Made by a program: the position numbers and the translations under genes. The notes under the pieces were generated by a model. That model did not search any database and was not told the origin of the DNA. It was given only the letters and a program-made list of their open reading frames with translations. Below, in pieces: positions 38,979 through 52,023 of a stretch of DNA of 64,000 nucleotides. Origin of the DNA: Convolutriloba macropyga (lineage: Eukaryota); NCBI RefSeq assembly GCF_964194025.1, contig NC_134481.1, positions 41,478,001-41,542,000 of the forward strand. Reading direction: 5' to 3'. Positions within the stretch are counted from its first letter, which is position 1. Each line of letters starts with the position of its first letter.

Positions 38979-39969
38979 TTTACTGTTCCCCTACTTGTAT
39001 CGTGCCCTTTTAAAACTTTGTTTAGTTGTTGAAAATTAGTTTCTATAAAATAATTACCAAGTAGATCGTGACTGGTAGGTGTTTTCTAATTTTATCTTTG
39101 AATTTCTATAACACTCTCTTTATTTTAATGTTTAACAACTTTTGTTTATAAAACCTAACGCTTATTTCAATATGGTATTTTCTTTTTTTTTATTATTTTT
39201 TCTTCTTAATTTTTAACAAAATTTAAATTTACAGTTTTATAGATGACTGTCCCACCCAAATTCTGTTTATTATTTTAATATGATACTAGCTGAATTCCGC
39301 TTTTTTCCTGTTTTATTGATGTTTATTATATATATATTTTTTTCTAATTACGACAAGGATGATATTAGGTGCTTTAATTTTCTTTTACTTTCTCTTGCTT
39401 ATTGTTACCTGATCAACTTTTTTTTTGCTTTTTTGTTTTTTCTAATTAAAGGTAGTTTCAGAAAAAGTCAATATATAATTTTCAGAGTACAAAACAACGC
39501 AATTGCTTTAATTGATTTTACAACGCAAATATCCTGCAGTTTTTTTTTTCTGATGGTTATGCCACTCGTTATCTACAACTCAAAAAACAAATTTTCCCTA
39601 GACTAACAAGACTAACGCAGTGGCGATCAATTTTGATTACCAATGACAACAACTAGAGAAAACACTTTATTTGTACTCACTTGGTATGATGCAGTCTTTC
39701 CACACAAGCAATTTTCTCTCTTCACCAACGAGTAATAGTTAGCCCCACGTGAGTAAATTCTCACTTGCGATTGATTCCGTTGCGACTTCTGCAACTGATT
39801 CCCACAAACTTTGGTGGAAATAGGTGGAACTGGTGATTTGTTATCCCAAATCTTGTGTTTTCTCGAGATAGGGGTCTCGGTGTTAAAGTGCTTTTTATTT
39901 GCGTCTTCCTACCGGCAATTTTGTTAAAGTTTTCAAAATATTAACTTTTTTTAAAATCTCTGTCGCCAG

Positions 39970-40583
39970 TGTAATATCCGTGCACGGTTACGGTTTGGGT
40001 TGGAGATTTTTCTAGAGCACTTTAAAACCTCGGGTTTACTGATGAAAATCTTCTAAGTCTAAGACTTATTAATTATGAAGCTGTAAATATTAAAGCTGTT
40101 CAATATAGAGTTAGACTTATTGGTCGAAAATACAATAAGTTTCAATAGGTTAAAAAGTGTAAAGCTAATAAGAGAAAGGCAGCTCAATTATATGAGGTTT
40201 AGTTTTGAATATGGTCTTTGGTTTTAGTCCTATCAATGGTTGATTAATCTTAGGTTATTTTTACTCATTTTCTTTAATCTCTTTGGGATTTTTTCAAAGT
40301 TATTTTCTACCGCACGGGTCCCTGTTAGTTAAACTAACAGATAACAGGTGTACCTGCCTGACGAATCCCGTCAAGAACAAACATTTCTTGACGTCTCCCG
40401 TCAAGATGACATTCCGTGACGATTCCCATCATTATTTATGATGCTTTCTTTATATTGTTAAAATCCGGTTTACTCTTAGTAACCATCTTTTTTTGTTCTC
40501 CCATTTATTGTGAAAATTTCGAATTGTGTGTTCACTATGTATTTTATGAGCTTGTCATACATTAATTTCTATGGTTTACTAAA
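39970..40583 (-). repeat. 5' LTR
   Basis: Direct repeat of 30712-31332 with scattered substitutions. PBS-like TGGCGACAGAG at 39958-39968 (minus strand). Confidence 0.92.
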
Positions 40584-41279
40584 GTGACCCGATTTTGTAC
40601 AACTATCCAAAAAATGAAGCAGCACATACAGTTTTTAAATGGACACAAAAATCAGGCGAGCTCAAAATCTGAACTTGAACGAACGATAGTCTGGTGAACA
40701 ACAGAAGGTCTGGACATGACCACACAAGAGGCTGAACTCGAACGCACGTATAAGTTGTAGACATAAGAGTTCTCGGTCTGGGACGTTCTTGACATTGACA
40801 CTCTCCATCTGAAACCGTCTGGACATTCAGTTTCGGTCAGAAAATTTTATTTAGCCAGCTTTTAACATATCTGATTTAGAGCTTCGATTGTTGCTCCGCA
40901 GTTGCAATTGAGGTCAATCTTGTTTGCTATTGTCTGGAATGATTATGTCAATTGTGGTTATGATTGCCAGCGTAGATTCGCCTTTACTAATCTAAAAAAT
41001 ATCAGCACTCTCTAAATTTTTCGATGGGGGTGATCATCGATGTCTGGTGCTAATAAGTGCGTCATAGAGACAGGATATTTGAATGGAGCTCGTTACTCTT
41101 TAGCTTATTTTCTGTTACCCTTTGATTAAATTTTTCTTTATATCAGTAATTGATAACTCTCCGATGTTTTTCTGACATCTGTAAAGTGATCATACAATTT
41201 TTCCGAAAGAGTGGTTATGCAGAAACAGATCAGCGCTTTTTCATAATTGAAGACAACAATTGTTTTTAGACACATTGAT

Positions 41280-41871
41280 GGTTATTTCAGGAACAATGAA
41301 CAATTATGATTAAAGGGACAATGATTCAAAGCTCGACCAAGTTTAGGACTTTTTTTCAACCCTGGACATTCTTTCAACACCAAAACAAAGAATCGGTTGA
41401 AAAATGCACAGAATCTTCGGGTGAGGGGCCGATTGAGCACAAGGACCGACATTGTTGCGTGGCATGATCTAATTAACAACAGCATCTCAAGCCACAAATC
41501 GAATAACTACTGACCATGTAGTGTACAAGAGCTAACAAACTACTTGACCACGAATAGCAACAGGTTTAAAGCTCTGGTATACTGTCAGCGCACTGGAACC
41601 CCTGATATTTTCACAGTTGTTGAGCACTGGGATACTGGTTCTGAGGGTGACAAAGCACCCGATATCGAAATGGAAGAGCAAAACACAGCTGGGAGACTAC
41701 AGGGTGCTCCACCAGGAACCAGCACGTGAGATCAAATCACTGGATTTTGTCCTCCACCAAGGAAACATAAAAGCCCTCCTCGAAGAACGAAAAGGGAAGA
41801 ACCTCGGAAGACGACAGAGGAAGAAGAGAACAAAGGTAAGACTGGTAGAAAGAAGTATTCGTTGCCCTTGA
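41280..41871 (+). pseudogene. Upstream ORF of the PLE, SGNH-hydrolase-like with basic tail
   Basis: PGHSFN...IVAWHDLINNSISSH...ALVYCQRTGTPDIF...DYRVLHQEP...GRRQRKKR, with stops and a frameshift. Confidence 0.4.
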
Positions 41872-43238
41872 GTGAGCTTTCGCGATGAGCGAAATTCTAC
41901 CACAACCACGGCTCAGATACATTCTCAGGCACAACTGCTTAAAACCATTCCTAAACTATGTAAAATCTTCAAATAAACTATTAAACTGTTAATTTCGATT
42001 AAATTTTTTGAAAAATTAATATTAATGATATCATTGCGGATTTTTTAAAGTTCCCAACTCCCAAAAACGAAGTTTTTTTCAGAACAAGCGGTGCACAGCT
42101 TTCAGCTTAAGCTCTTAAGGAAAGAAAAAGGTCGTGCGGAACAAAGCCGAAGGCCGTAGATTGTTCGAGAAAAAACTTGGGGAAGATAGAAGCATTCTCA
42201 GGAAAGAGGTGAACTTTTACCTTCAATTGTGTACAGCATTAGAAAAGAAATGAGAGACCAATCCGAATTGATTAGTAGGAGACCTATGACAAGTAAGCGA
42301 AGCTGTCTGAGAAACAAGACAGGCCTTTGCGGAATGGATCTCATAATAATGTTGTTACACTGGACGGTGTTAAACTGCCCTGATAGTGAAAAAGTATTGT
42401 GAAAAAGAATTGTCTGCCAAATGGTACGCCAAGAATGTACGTGAGACACCAATGGATAGAGGAGTTACAAAAATAAATGATTTTTGAAAATTCAAAAACT
42501 AGTACTGTACCATTTGATAAAGGTTGCGGTTTTTGTGTCGTGGAACAGCCAACATACTCGGATAATCTGAATGAAATCCACAGTTCCAGTCAGTTTGAGC
42601 CTCGTAATGGAAAAAGTGATGATCGAAAAATCGAAACGGAAAAACTGATAAATAGAAGTTTGCTCCAATTAATAAACAGGGAAAATAAGTGAAAAGATTT
42701 ATCAAAGACTCAGGACAACTGGATTGCAACCGGCCAGGCCTTATGGACTTGCTAAAGTACATAAAAGCGGTATTCCGTTTTGTCAGTAACTGGTAGCAGT
42801 TATGAGAACCTCAAAACATATCTCTCTCCCTTTTTCTACAGGTTAGCAGGTGCAAATATTGAGACTAACTCAAAAGATGCCAGAACCGCTCTAGAGGCCA
42901 TCAAATTGCATAAAGATGAGCTAGTTGTATCTCTCGATGTTAAAAGTTTATACACAAATGTAGCGGTTGAGAAGGCAATTGAAACTACGTTTAAAGAACT
43001 GTACTCCAGTGACGAGATACATGAGATTCCGAGGCCAGCGATGAATAGCCTTTTGAAACAAGCCGTAACTAATGTTCACTTCAAGTGTAATAAAATGTGG
43101 TACACTCAATTGGACGGTTTAGCAATGGGTGCTTCGCTTGCTGTACTTTTGGAAAATTTGTGGATGAAATCGTTTGAAAAATCCTTACAGAAACAAAATG
43201 AGAGAAGGCAGAACAAAACTTCTGACACAAAGTTGATA

Positions 43239-43385
43239 TGAATTGACTGTAACCAAAGCGTGACTTTCCGAGGGAAAGGGGTCGAGTGCGAATCATTCAA
43301 AAACTGGTTTCATGCAAAATGCCAAGATATCACTGACACAGAGCATAAGACTATGCAGGACATTGTTTGAATTTGTTCCTATTGT
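43239..43385 (+). other. PHD finger in frame inside the PLE RT domain
   Basis: *IDC..VECESFKNWFHAKC..V*ICSYC (TGA/TTC/TGA at the expected C/C/W positions), 17 codons before YADD. Confidence 0.8.
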
Positions 43386-44660
43386 GCGGAAAAAAATACA
43401 AAAGAGGACACACAGGAATTGAAATTTTTCAAGAGGTATGCAGATGACATAGTGTGCACTGTCATGGGGAACCCTCTAGATTACCTTGAGTAGGCAAATT
43501 CTCTTCAAAAGAATTTATGATTCACTCTTGAAACACCAAACGGTAGTGGAGACCTGGCACTTCTAGATCTAAACATAAACGTAAAAGAAGATAGGAAAAT
43601 TAGCTGCCATTGGCACTAAAAATCCAACGATACCGGCATAATCCTAAATGTCCATAGCTCTGCACCGTTACAACATAAGAAAAATGTGATTCAAGGGACT
43701 GTGCATAGGATTATTAATGCGACCAGTGACTGGCAATCTTTTGATGTAGCTCTCAAAAAAATTAAGAGATCTGGACTGAATATCAATATAGAACTAAGTG
43801 GTCCTCCAGTATTGTAAACGAGACGTTGGATAAAACAGTCACGAGGGAAAAGGTCACAGCAACCCATCCCCCCAAAATGAACAAATATAATGAGCAAACC
43901 CCCCAAATGAGGAAAAATTACTCAAGATTTTGCGAGTGGACTGAAAAAATTGTGTGATATTCAAATCATTTTCACAACAAGAAAGCGAAGAATTGCTTGC
44001 CCACCCTGAAATCATTTTTTGATAGGAATCTGAAATCCCATGTGGTATAAAAAGTTACATGTAATGGATGCAATTCCATCTATGTTTGCTAAACCAGCCG
44101 TTATGTTACCACTAGAAAATGGTAGCATCAAAAGAAGGATTCCCCAGTGGGACAACACCTCGTTTAATGTTGTGGTACAGCGCATAATATTGAATGGGAG
44201 ATTCTTGATACATGTCGCGGGGTTGAAAAACTAATGATAATAGAAGCGATCTACATCAAAAAGCTGAAACCGCAATTAAATACGCGCGATGAGTACCAGG
44301 GGCGGGAATTGACTTTGAAGTATTAGTTCAAATGCAAAAAAGTTGACTTTTAAAATTCAAAAATTATTCTGGTACATGTTGATTGGAAATTTTGTCAACC
44401 CCAACAAGTAAAAAATAAAAACAGAGAGAAATGAAAGTAAAAATCAATTTTCAAGAATAGATAGCATTATACCCGGGATTTTCAAAAATTCCGGAATAAA
44501 AATTCAATGTATTTTAGTGTAATAAGTTTATAAAAAAAATTTTGTAAGTGTGATTTTAACTGTAAATAGTTTCAAAAATTCGATGTTTATTTAACTCATT
44601 TCTTAGAATAAGAGTCAAAGACAAATTTATATACTTTTTAAATGATTTCATTTAATTTTT

Positions 44661-44700
44661 AAACCTGACGATGAACGCAATGTTCGAATACAGTCGTTTT
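44661..44700 (+). ncRNA. Minimal hammerhead-ribozyme-like motif in PLE 3' pLTR
   Basis: AAAC-CTGACGA-TGAAC-GCAAT-GTTC-GAAT-ACA-GTC-GTTT. The GAAA core is mutated to GAAT. Confidence 0.55.
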
Positions 44701-45257
44701 TTAATCAATTAAGTTTTAATTGACAAATACTTCTTCTCTACATCTTTAGGACTTTTGTTTTTCGGCTATCACTATCCTCAGAAAATCCTTTGCAGTAAAA
44801 TAAGAACAGTCTTTGGCTAAAACAACTTTGCATCAACACCTAAGTACATAAAACCTATTCAAAAAAATTCTAGTGAAAAAATTGTTTGCTCTACTTTGCT
44901 TACTTTTAAGGTTTGCTGATAATATATTTCCAATTCAATTAATCAGATGTGGAGACGTTAATCCATAAGCTGGGCCAAGTCTAACCTTCGGTGACTCTCA
45001 GCATTACTGTGAATTGAACAATATATGGAATTTTCCTGTAGAAATTTTGTCAAATAAGCAAAATTGACATAAACTAAAAAACTACTTACCTGCTTAACAA
45101 TCTATTGTTTCGCTGAACCTTGTCTTTCAGAAACTATTACTAATGAACTCTACAAACATTTAAAGGATTGATACGCCTGCTATAGGTGTGAAATAAGCTT
45201 TGAAAGAAATGGAAACTTGAAAAAAGTGTTACGGTCGATATTAATGAGACCATGAAT

Positions 45258-45954
45258 CCCAGGTTTTGGTCCAGACCCAAATTGAGCTACGATCAGACCC
45301 AATCGATCGCACAGCCCTGTGTTCCCAGACCGAAATTACAGGGTCTGGAAAGCGGTTCGAGCGCACAATAGTCTGGACAATGGTCTGATTTCGGTCTGAT
45401 CAGAGGTCAATTCGGTCTGGACGGTCTGATCATAGTCTTTATAGTCTGGACCATGGTCTGGGTTCGGTCTGATCAGAGGTCAATTCGGTCTGGAAGGTCT
45501 GATCACAGACTTTATAGTCTGGACCATGGTCTGGGTTCGGTCTGATCAGAGGTCAATTCGGTCTGGAAGGTCTAATTTCTAGTGCATTATTTTTTCAATT
45601 TTTAGTTTTTTTATTGAGGGATGTTGGCTCTGCCAAGAGGCAACAATAAAGCAGCGTCTGGGCAATGGTCTGAAATTGAGTCTGGACCATGGTTTGAAGA
45701 TGGTCTGATCATAGTCTGTTTATAGTCTGGACAATGGTCTGAATTTGAGTCTGATCATAAGCGCACTATAGTCTGGACAGTGGTCTGGGTTCGGTCTGAT
45801 CAGAGGACATTTTGGCCTGGAAAGTCTGATCAGAGATCATTTTGGTCTGGAAGGTCTGATCAGAGGTAACTTCGGTCTGGAAAGTCTGATCAGAGGTCAT
45901 TTCAGTCTGCATAGTCTGATCATAGCTCAATTTGGGTCTGGACCTAAACCTGGG
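45258..45954. mobile_element. Non-autonomous TIR element (CACTA/EnSpm-like) with internal GGTCTG repeats
   Basis: ~40-bp TIR CCCAGGTTT.GGTCCAGACCCAAATTGAGCTA.GATCAGAC and a 2-bp TSD AT. Confidence 0.8.
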
Positions 45955-46076
45955 ATGTTATCGCCTAATTTGAGAATAGCTTCATTCTAATAGATATCAG
46001 AACTTAATAAATTCACTGAGCTATAAAGCTTTTAGATAGAAAAAAATGAATTTGTTTCTAAAACTCTATGCGTTTA

Positions 46077-47798
46077 CCCAGGATGAAGTCCGCGACCCAA
46101 GACAGGTATTGACCAGACCGACCATACCCAAAACAGACATTGGCCAGACCGACAATACCCAAAGATAGGTATTGGCCAGACCGAACAGACTTTGGACACC
46201 AATGGCCAGACTGACTGGCCATTGTCCAGACCATTGGGCAGACCGAACAGACCCTAGGCCAGACCGTTGTCCAGACCATCGGCCAGACCGTTGTCCAGAC
46301 CAATGGCCAGACCGAACAGACCTTAGGCCAGACCATTCTCCAGACCGTAGGCCAGACCGTTGTCCAGACCATTGGCCAGACTGAGCAGACAGGACAGACC
46401 GTTCCCAAGTCGAGGTGTGCGTTAATGATCAGACCCATCCAGACAAAAATTGGTCATGATCAGACCCATCGAGACGATAATCTGCCATGATTAGACTTTA
46501 GATCGTTTTTCATACGTGATCGTTTTTAACTCGTATGTTTGTGACCCCTTCGCCCATTAGTCTTAGCTATTTAGGGTCTTTGTTTTTTTCTTTGGCGGCT
46601 CTAAAGTCAGGTGCGCTCCTTATGGAGCCGAGTAATGCTCTTCAAAGTAGCGAAAAAGGCCCATGAAAAAGCTAAGACATGTTTACTGCTGCAAAAATCT
46701 GAACAGTTCCTCTGATCTGACACAAGTGCACTCGAATCGTCCTCGGTCGGTTAGATCTGGCCACTGGCCTGGCCTAAGGTCGATTCGGTCTGGCCCGAAT
46801 TCTGGGCAAAGTCTGTATGGTTTGGCCAATACCCATCTTTTGGTCTGCCCGTTCAGGCAAGACCAACATATGGGTATTGGCCACACCAAACAGACAAAAA
46901 ATTGGTATTGGGCAGACCGAGCAGACAGAAAAATGGTACTGGCCAGACCGAACAGACCGAAATATTGGTCTTGGCCAGACCAAACAGACCGAAATATGGG
47001 TATTGGCCAGACCGAACAGACCCAAATATGGGTATTGGCCAGACCGAACAGACCGAAGTTTGGGTATTGGCCAGACCGAACAGGCCGAAATTTGGGTGTT
47101 GGCCAGACCGAACAGACCGAAATATGGGTATTCGCCAGACCGAACAGACCGAAATCGGGGTATTAGCCAGACCGAACATACCGAAATATGGGTATTGGCC
47201 AGACCGAACAGACCGAGATATTGGTCTTGGCCAGACCGAATAGACCAAAATATGGGTATTGGCCAGACCGAACAGACCGAAATATGGGTATTGGCCAGAC
47301 CTAACAGACCAAAATATGGGTATTGGCCGGACCGAACAGACCGAAATTTTGGTATTGGCCAGACCGACCAGGCCGAAATTTGGGTGTTGGCCGGACCAAA
47401 CAGACCGAAATTTGGGTATTGGCCAGACCGACCAGGCCAAAATTTGGGTGTTGGCCAGACCAAACAGACCGAAATATGGGTATTGGCCGGACCGAACAGA
47501 CCGAAATTTGGGTATTGGCCAGACCGACCAGGCCGAAATTTGGGTGTTGGCCAGACCAAACAGACCGAAATATGGGTATTGGCCAGACCGAACAGACCGA
47601 AATATGGGTATTGGCCAGACCGAACAGACCGAAATATGGGTATTCGCCAGACCGAACAGACCAAAATTGCCATTGGCCAGACGGAAGGCGCAACCCAAAT
47701 TTTTTCCAGACCATTGTGGACGGTCTTACCGGCTCTCCTGTCCGCGACCCAAGTCGGTCTGGCCAATACCTGTCTTGGGCCGCGGACTTCATCCTGGA
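46077..47798. mobile_element. Non-autonomous TIR element (CCCAG end) carrying a minisatellite
   Basis: TIR CCCAGGATGAAGTCCGCG.CCCAAGACAGGTATTG.CCAGACCGAC at both ends. Confidence 0.85.
46870..47680. repeat. 32-bp tandem array (~25 copies)
   Basis: Unit GGTATTGGCCAGACCGAACAGACCGAAATATG. It explains the 32-aa-periodic ORFs on both strands. Confidence 0.95.
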
Positions 47799-47829
47799 AA
47801 CATTGACGCTGTTATCAAAGAATAAAAAA

Positions 47830-50800
47830 AATAATGTTTGGCAATTGCAAAAAAACTATTTCAGTAAAAGTAACAAAGAAAAACTAGAAAACATTCTATT
47901 TCTCTATTATTCAAATGTTCACAATAAAACTGAACTTAACAAGAATTGTTCAAAAAGCTGCTACTATTTTTATTGACTATGTGTTTTCGGATTGCAGCAA
48001 ACCTTTTAATTTGACACGCCTTGTTATGAGACCATTTAGAAGAAGTGTCCATATAAGAAGACAATATCAGATCATTCAGTTTTCCTGAGCAAAAATGGAC
48101 ATATCACCTATATTTTAAAACAAATAAATTTCAGACAAGCTCTTCTTAATACTTGCGGGGCAGAAAATTACCGATGAAAAACTAAAATTTAACGTTTTTT
48201 AACTTTTTTCAAGCCTTTGAATTACACTCACCGAGACAAAATTTTGATAAAAATTAAAATTCAAGAACCATATCTCAATATATCGAGAAATTTTTTGAAA
48301 ACTAAAAACCAAGAACTAGAAAACAATTTTAATTTCCGTCTAAAAGAAGGTGAACATTTAGCCTTTAGAAAATTCAAGGAAAAGATAGGCCACATGTCAA
48401 ATGTTAATTTTAAAGAATTCTTTAAATCTTTACTTTCTTTATTCAAAAAGTGCAGAGAATGTTAAATAAAATTAGTGGAGTAATTATATCAGCGGAAAAA
48501 GACCAAATTAAACACTCTGAAAGATTGAGAATTTTTTGAAAACTAAAACCCAAGACCTAGATACCAGATGGATTTTCCTTCTAAGAGAAAGTGAACATCT
48601 AGCCTTCAAAATTTGTCCAACGCTGATTCCAACGAGTTCATTATTTTTCAATTCTGTATGTGCAATAAGTGCGAAGAAATTTGAATTTAATTGATGAAAT
48701 TCGTAGTTCAGCGAAAAAAGACAAAAATAGAGACTCCGAAACATCGAGAAGATTTTTAAAAACTAAAATCCAAAAACTAAAAAAACCGATGCATTTTCTT
48801 TCTGAAAGAAAGTAAACATTTAGCCCAAAAAATTTGAGGGAAAAAATAGGCCAATTGTCCAACACTCAACTTAACGAATTCTTTGGTTCCTTACTCTCAT
48901 TATCCGAAAAGTGCAGATAATTTTAAATTTGGATAAAGAAACCCGTAACTCAGTGGAAAAAGAAAACCAATGAAACACTCTGAAAAAGTTTATGTAGACA
49001 TCGTAACTGAGCCCAATAAATGCCAACGGGTAAAATTATTGATTCCAGCAATTGAGTAAAATTAATAATTTAAGTCGAAAATAGACTGAGACTCTCACAA
49101 TCAGGGGAAATGTCTCTAATATGGAATTAATCTTCTATTCATCCCTGTTTGTAATCAACGTGTGTTTTTATAGGTCTTTTTTCCAGTAATTCTGAAGACT
49201 GCGTATGTTTCCGCATATTAAAGATGAAATGATTTAGAGGAACTTGAAAATAATAGCCAAATATCAAGTATCCCTTGGGTATCTAATGTCAATGAGATTT
49301 TAGTAAAACGGCAAATAGATGAGTTCCAGAACAAATATGGGTTACTGAGTAGAAGACAATGTGGTTTCAGTAAAAAAGCTCAAAATATGATGCCTTAGTA
49401 TCCGCAACTAAATTTTAGGATACTAATCTGAAAAAAAAAATTTGCTTCAGCTGCGTTCAGGGATTTATCTTTAATTTTTGGTTTTTTGAATCATAAAATT
49501 TTATAAGCAACAATTGCAAAATTGGATTTTATGAAAATTTTTTTATTAATCTATGATAGTTTCTTTTCATTAAGCAGGCAATAGATACCAGCAAATTACA
49601 CTGAGTTCAAAGGAATTATATTTGCGGGCGGGTATCTCCAAGGTACGACAAGTTGACTCTAATTGTCTTTTTTATTTCGTATTGCACTGAATAAATCAAT
49701 CTTTTTGATTTTTTTGTTAGTTGAGCAAGCCAGTTAATTTGAATAGTTTTTAGATCAATCAATTTTTTGTTCAGTTTTTAGTGATATCATAATCTTCATT
49801 CAATTGAGATTCATTTTGTCTATGGTTTGAATGTTCATATTAAAACTGAACTTACCAATGTTTTCATAAAGGGTACTACTCTTTTTGGCTATGCATTGTC
49901 GGATTGCGGTTTTCAGCAAACTTTTATTGTGACACTCCTTGTTAAGAAACTATTTTGCAGAAGTATCCATTTTAAAAGATATCATTAGATCAAGCAACTT
50001 CGTTGAGCTCAAATAGATTTATTAACCATCTTTTAACAACAAATTTTCAAAGACGAGCTAATATTAATATTTGATGTGCAGAAATCTACAAATAAAAAAT
50101 TACTATATAAAGCTTAACTAATTTTTCATTTTTTTCAAGACTCTAAAAAAGATAATCCAAGATAAATTTCTCTAAAAAAGATAATCCAAGAATCATATCT
50201 CACAAGATCGAATATTTTTATGAAAGTTTTAACCCAAGAACTAGAAACCAAATGCAATTTCTGTCTAAAAGAGGTCTGTTTGCATTCAAAATTTTTCAGA
50301 ACAAATTAAGCAAATTTTCCATCACTGATTTTTACGAATACTTTAATTTTTTACTCCCTTTATCCAACAAGTGCAGATAATGTTGAATTCATTTAATAAA
50401 ATCCGTAATTCCGCAAAAAAAGAGACAAGAAAAAACACCCTGGAAAATGTTTTTGAAGACATTGTAACTGAGCCCAAAGAATTTAAACCCAATAATATAC
50501 TGATTCCCGCAATTAAGTAATCTCAACAATATAAATAGTTGAAATCAATTGAGACCCTCAAATCTGGGAAAAATTTCTCCAATATAATTTTAATCTTCAA
50601 TTCGTCACTGAGCTAAAATGTAGCTTTAAAATATATGCATCTGAATATTTGAAGGGGCGTCACTTATTTCTCCATGATCTTTGAAGGACGATGGATCAAC
50701 CGTCAGCAAGTATCTTAGCTTTATAATAAACGAGCGCATTTTTTGTAATGAGCGATAGGTCAGTTTTTCAAAAAGCTCTCAAGTCTCCTTATGTTTCACC

Positions 50801-51340
50801 AGTTTACAAAAGAAATGATTCAAAGAAACCGGATTATATAATGCCAATATCGATTATCCCATCTGTATCTAATGTAAAAGAAATCTAAGTGAAAGAGCAA
50901 ACAGATGAGTTCCTGAACAGATATGGGTTACTGAGAAGAAAACAGTTTCGACTCAGAAAAAAGCGCCCAAATTGATGCCTTTGTATAAACAACCGGATTT
51001 TTAAAGATTACTCTGATGAAAACAATTTTGTATCAGCTGCCTTCTGGGATTTGTCTGACGATTTTAGTTCTATGGACCAAAAATATTTTGACTAGAAAAA
51101 ATAAAAAAAATGGATTTGATGAAAAAACATACTATTCATGGGTAGTTTCATTTCGTCAAGAATACAAAGAGTACCTGTAAACTACACTGAGTTCGACGAA
51201 ATTTTTTTTGATGAAGGGTTTCTCAAAAGTACGGCAAGTTGGCTCTGTCTGGGAGCAAAAGTATTGGTTTCTGTTTTGCTGTCTTTTTTATTGCGTATTG
51301 CAGTGAATAAATCATTTTTTTAACTTTCTTTTTGTGTTCA
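47830..51340 (+). mobile_element. Decayed CR1/L2-type LINE remnants, duplicated in tandem
   Basis: RT fragments PISIIPSVSNV..EFL..YGLL...QF..RKK and VSAAFWDLS near 50840-51060, with a parallel copy at 49250-49720. Confidence 0.6.
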
Positions 51341-52023
51341 GCAAGCCGCTTGGTTTGATCAGTTTGGCGTTCAGCCTTCGGTTATTTTGTGATCTTCGCT
51401 TTCGTTTTCCTAAAACATTTTTCCCAAAGCGAAATACCATGACACGCAAAACTTTTGGGTTCAATTTTGTAGGCGGTTGAATACATTAGAAACCGCGAAA
51501 CGTCTGCGTCTAATTTTAACTGACTATAATAGATTTGTGTCAAAGCTTGTACGTAGCGCAGTATTAGAAGGTCACATTTAAATTTTTCTCTCCATATCGT
51601 CTGTGAAAAAAAAACTTGTGGCAAGGCAAGTACTGTTTGCGTTTCTAATGAGTTTCGAAGAATACAAGTAGTATCGTATGTATACAGGAAGATCGGGGGG
51701 GGGGGGAGATCCTTTGGAGATCCGTTCAGCAGAGGGGGATCCCTGATCCCTTAGGGGAGATCTTTTAAAATAGGAAAGTGGTAATTGCGCTACATGTATT
51801 TGTCTGGTGGCTTATTGTTGGTATTGCGCTATTGGAAAGCCATTCCAGTTTCAACTTTTCTTGCGTATTTGTGGCAAAACCTAGCAAAGTAGATTTGAAT
51901 TAAAGCTGAATTTATACGTTACAACATATAGAATAGAATTGTTATAGAAACTGTTATAGATAAGAGAATTAAACACGTACAAAAGCGTCAAATTGCATAC
52001 AAAATAGCGCATTGTTTTGTTAA

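Larger units (their letters stand above)
30712..40583 (-). mobile_element. Gypsy/Ty3 LTR retrotransposon with env and an extra ORF (degenerate)
   Basis: Two ~620-bp LTRs, a PBS-like TGGCGACAGAG, a PPT, and gene order gag-PR-RT-RH-IN-env-ORF4. Several stops and frameshifts. Confidence 0.95.
41240..44720 (+). mobile_element. Penelope-like retroelement (degenerate, near full length)
   Basis: RT motifs YGLAKVHK, SLDVKSLYTN, GLAMGASL, RYADD; GIY-YIG domain ending QLNTRDEYQGRELTLKY* (44326); 3' hammerhead-like motif. The 5' boundary is approximate. Confidence 0.9.

Noticed and set aside
46870-47680. CRISPR-like array
   Set aside because: Contiguous repeats without unique spacers, no cas genes, eukaryotic context.
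46663-47976. Many long overlapping ORFs on both strands
   Set aside because: Artefact of a stop-free 32-bp tandem unit inside a TIR element.
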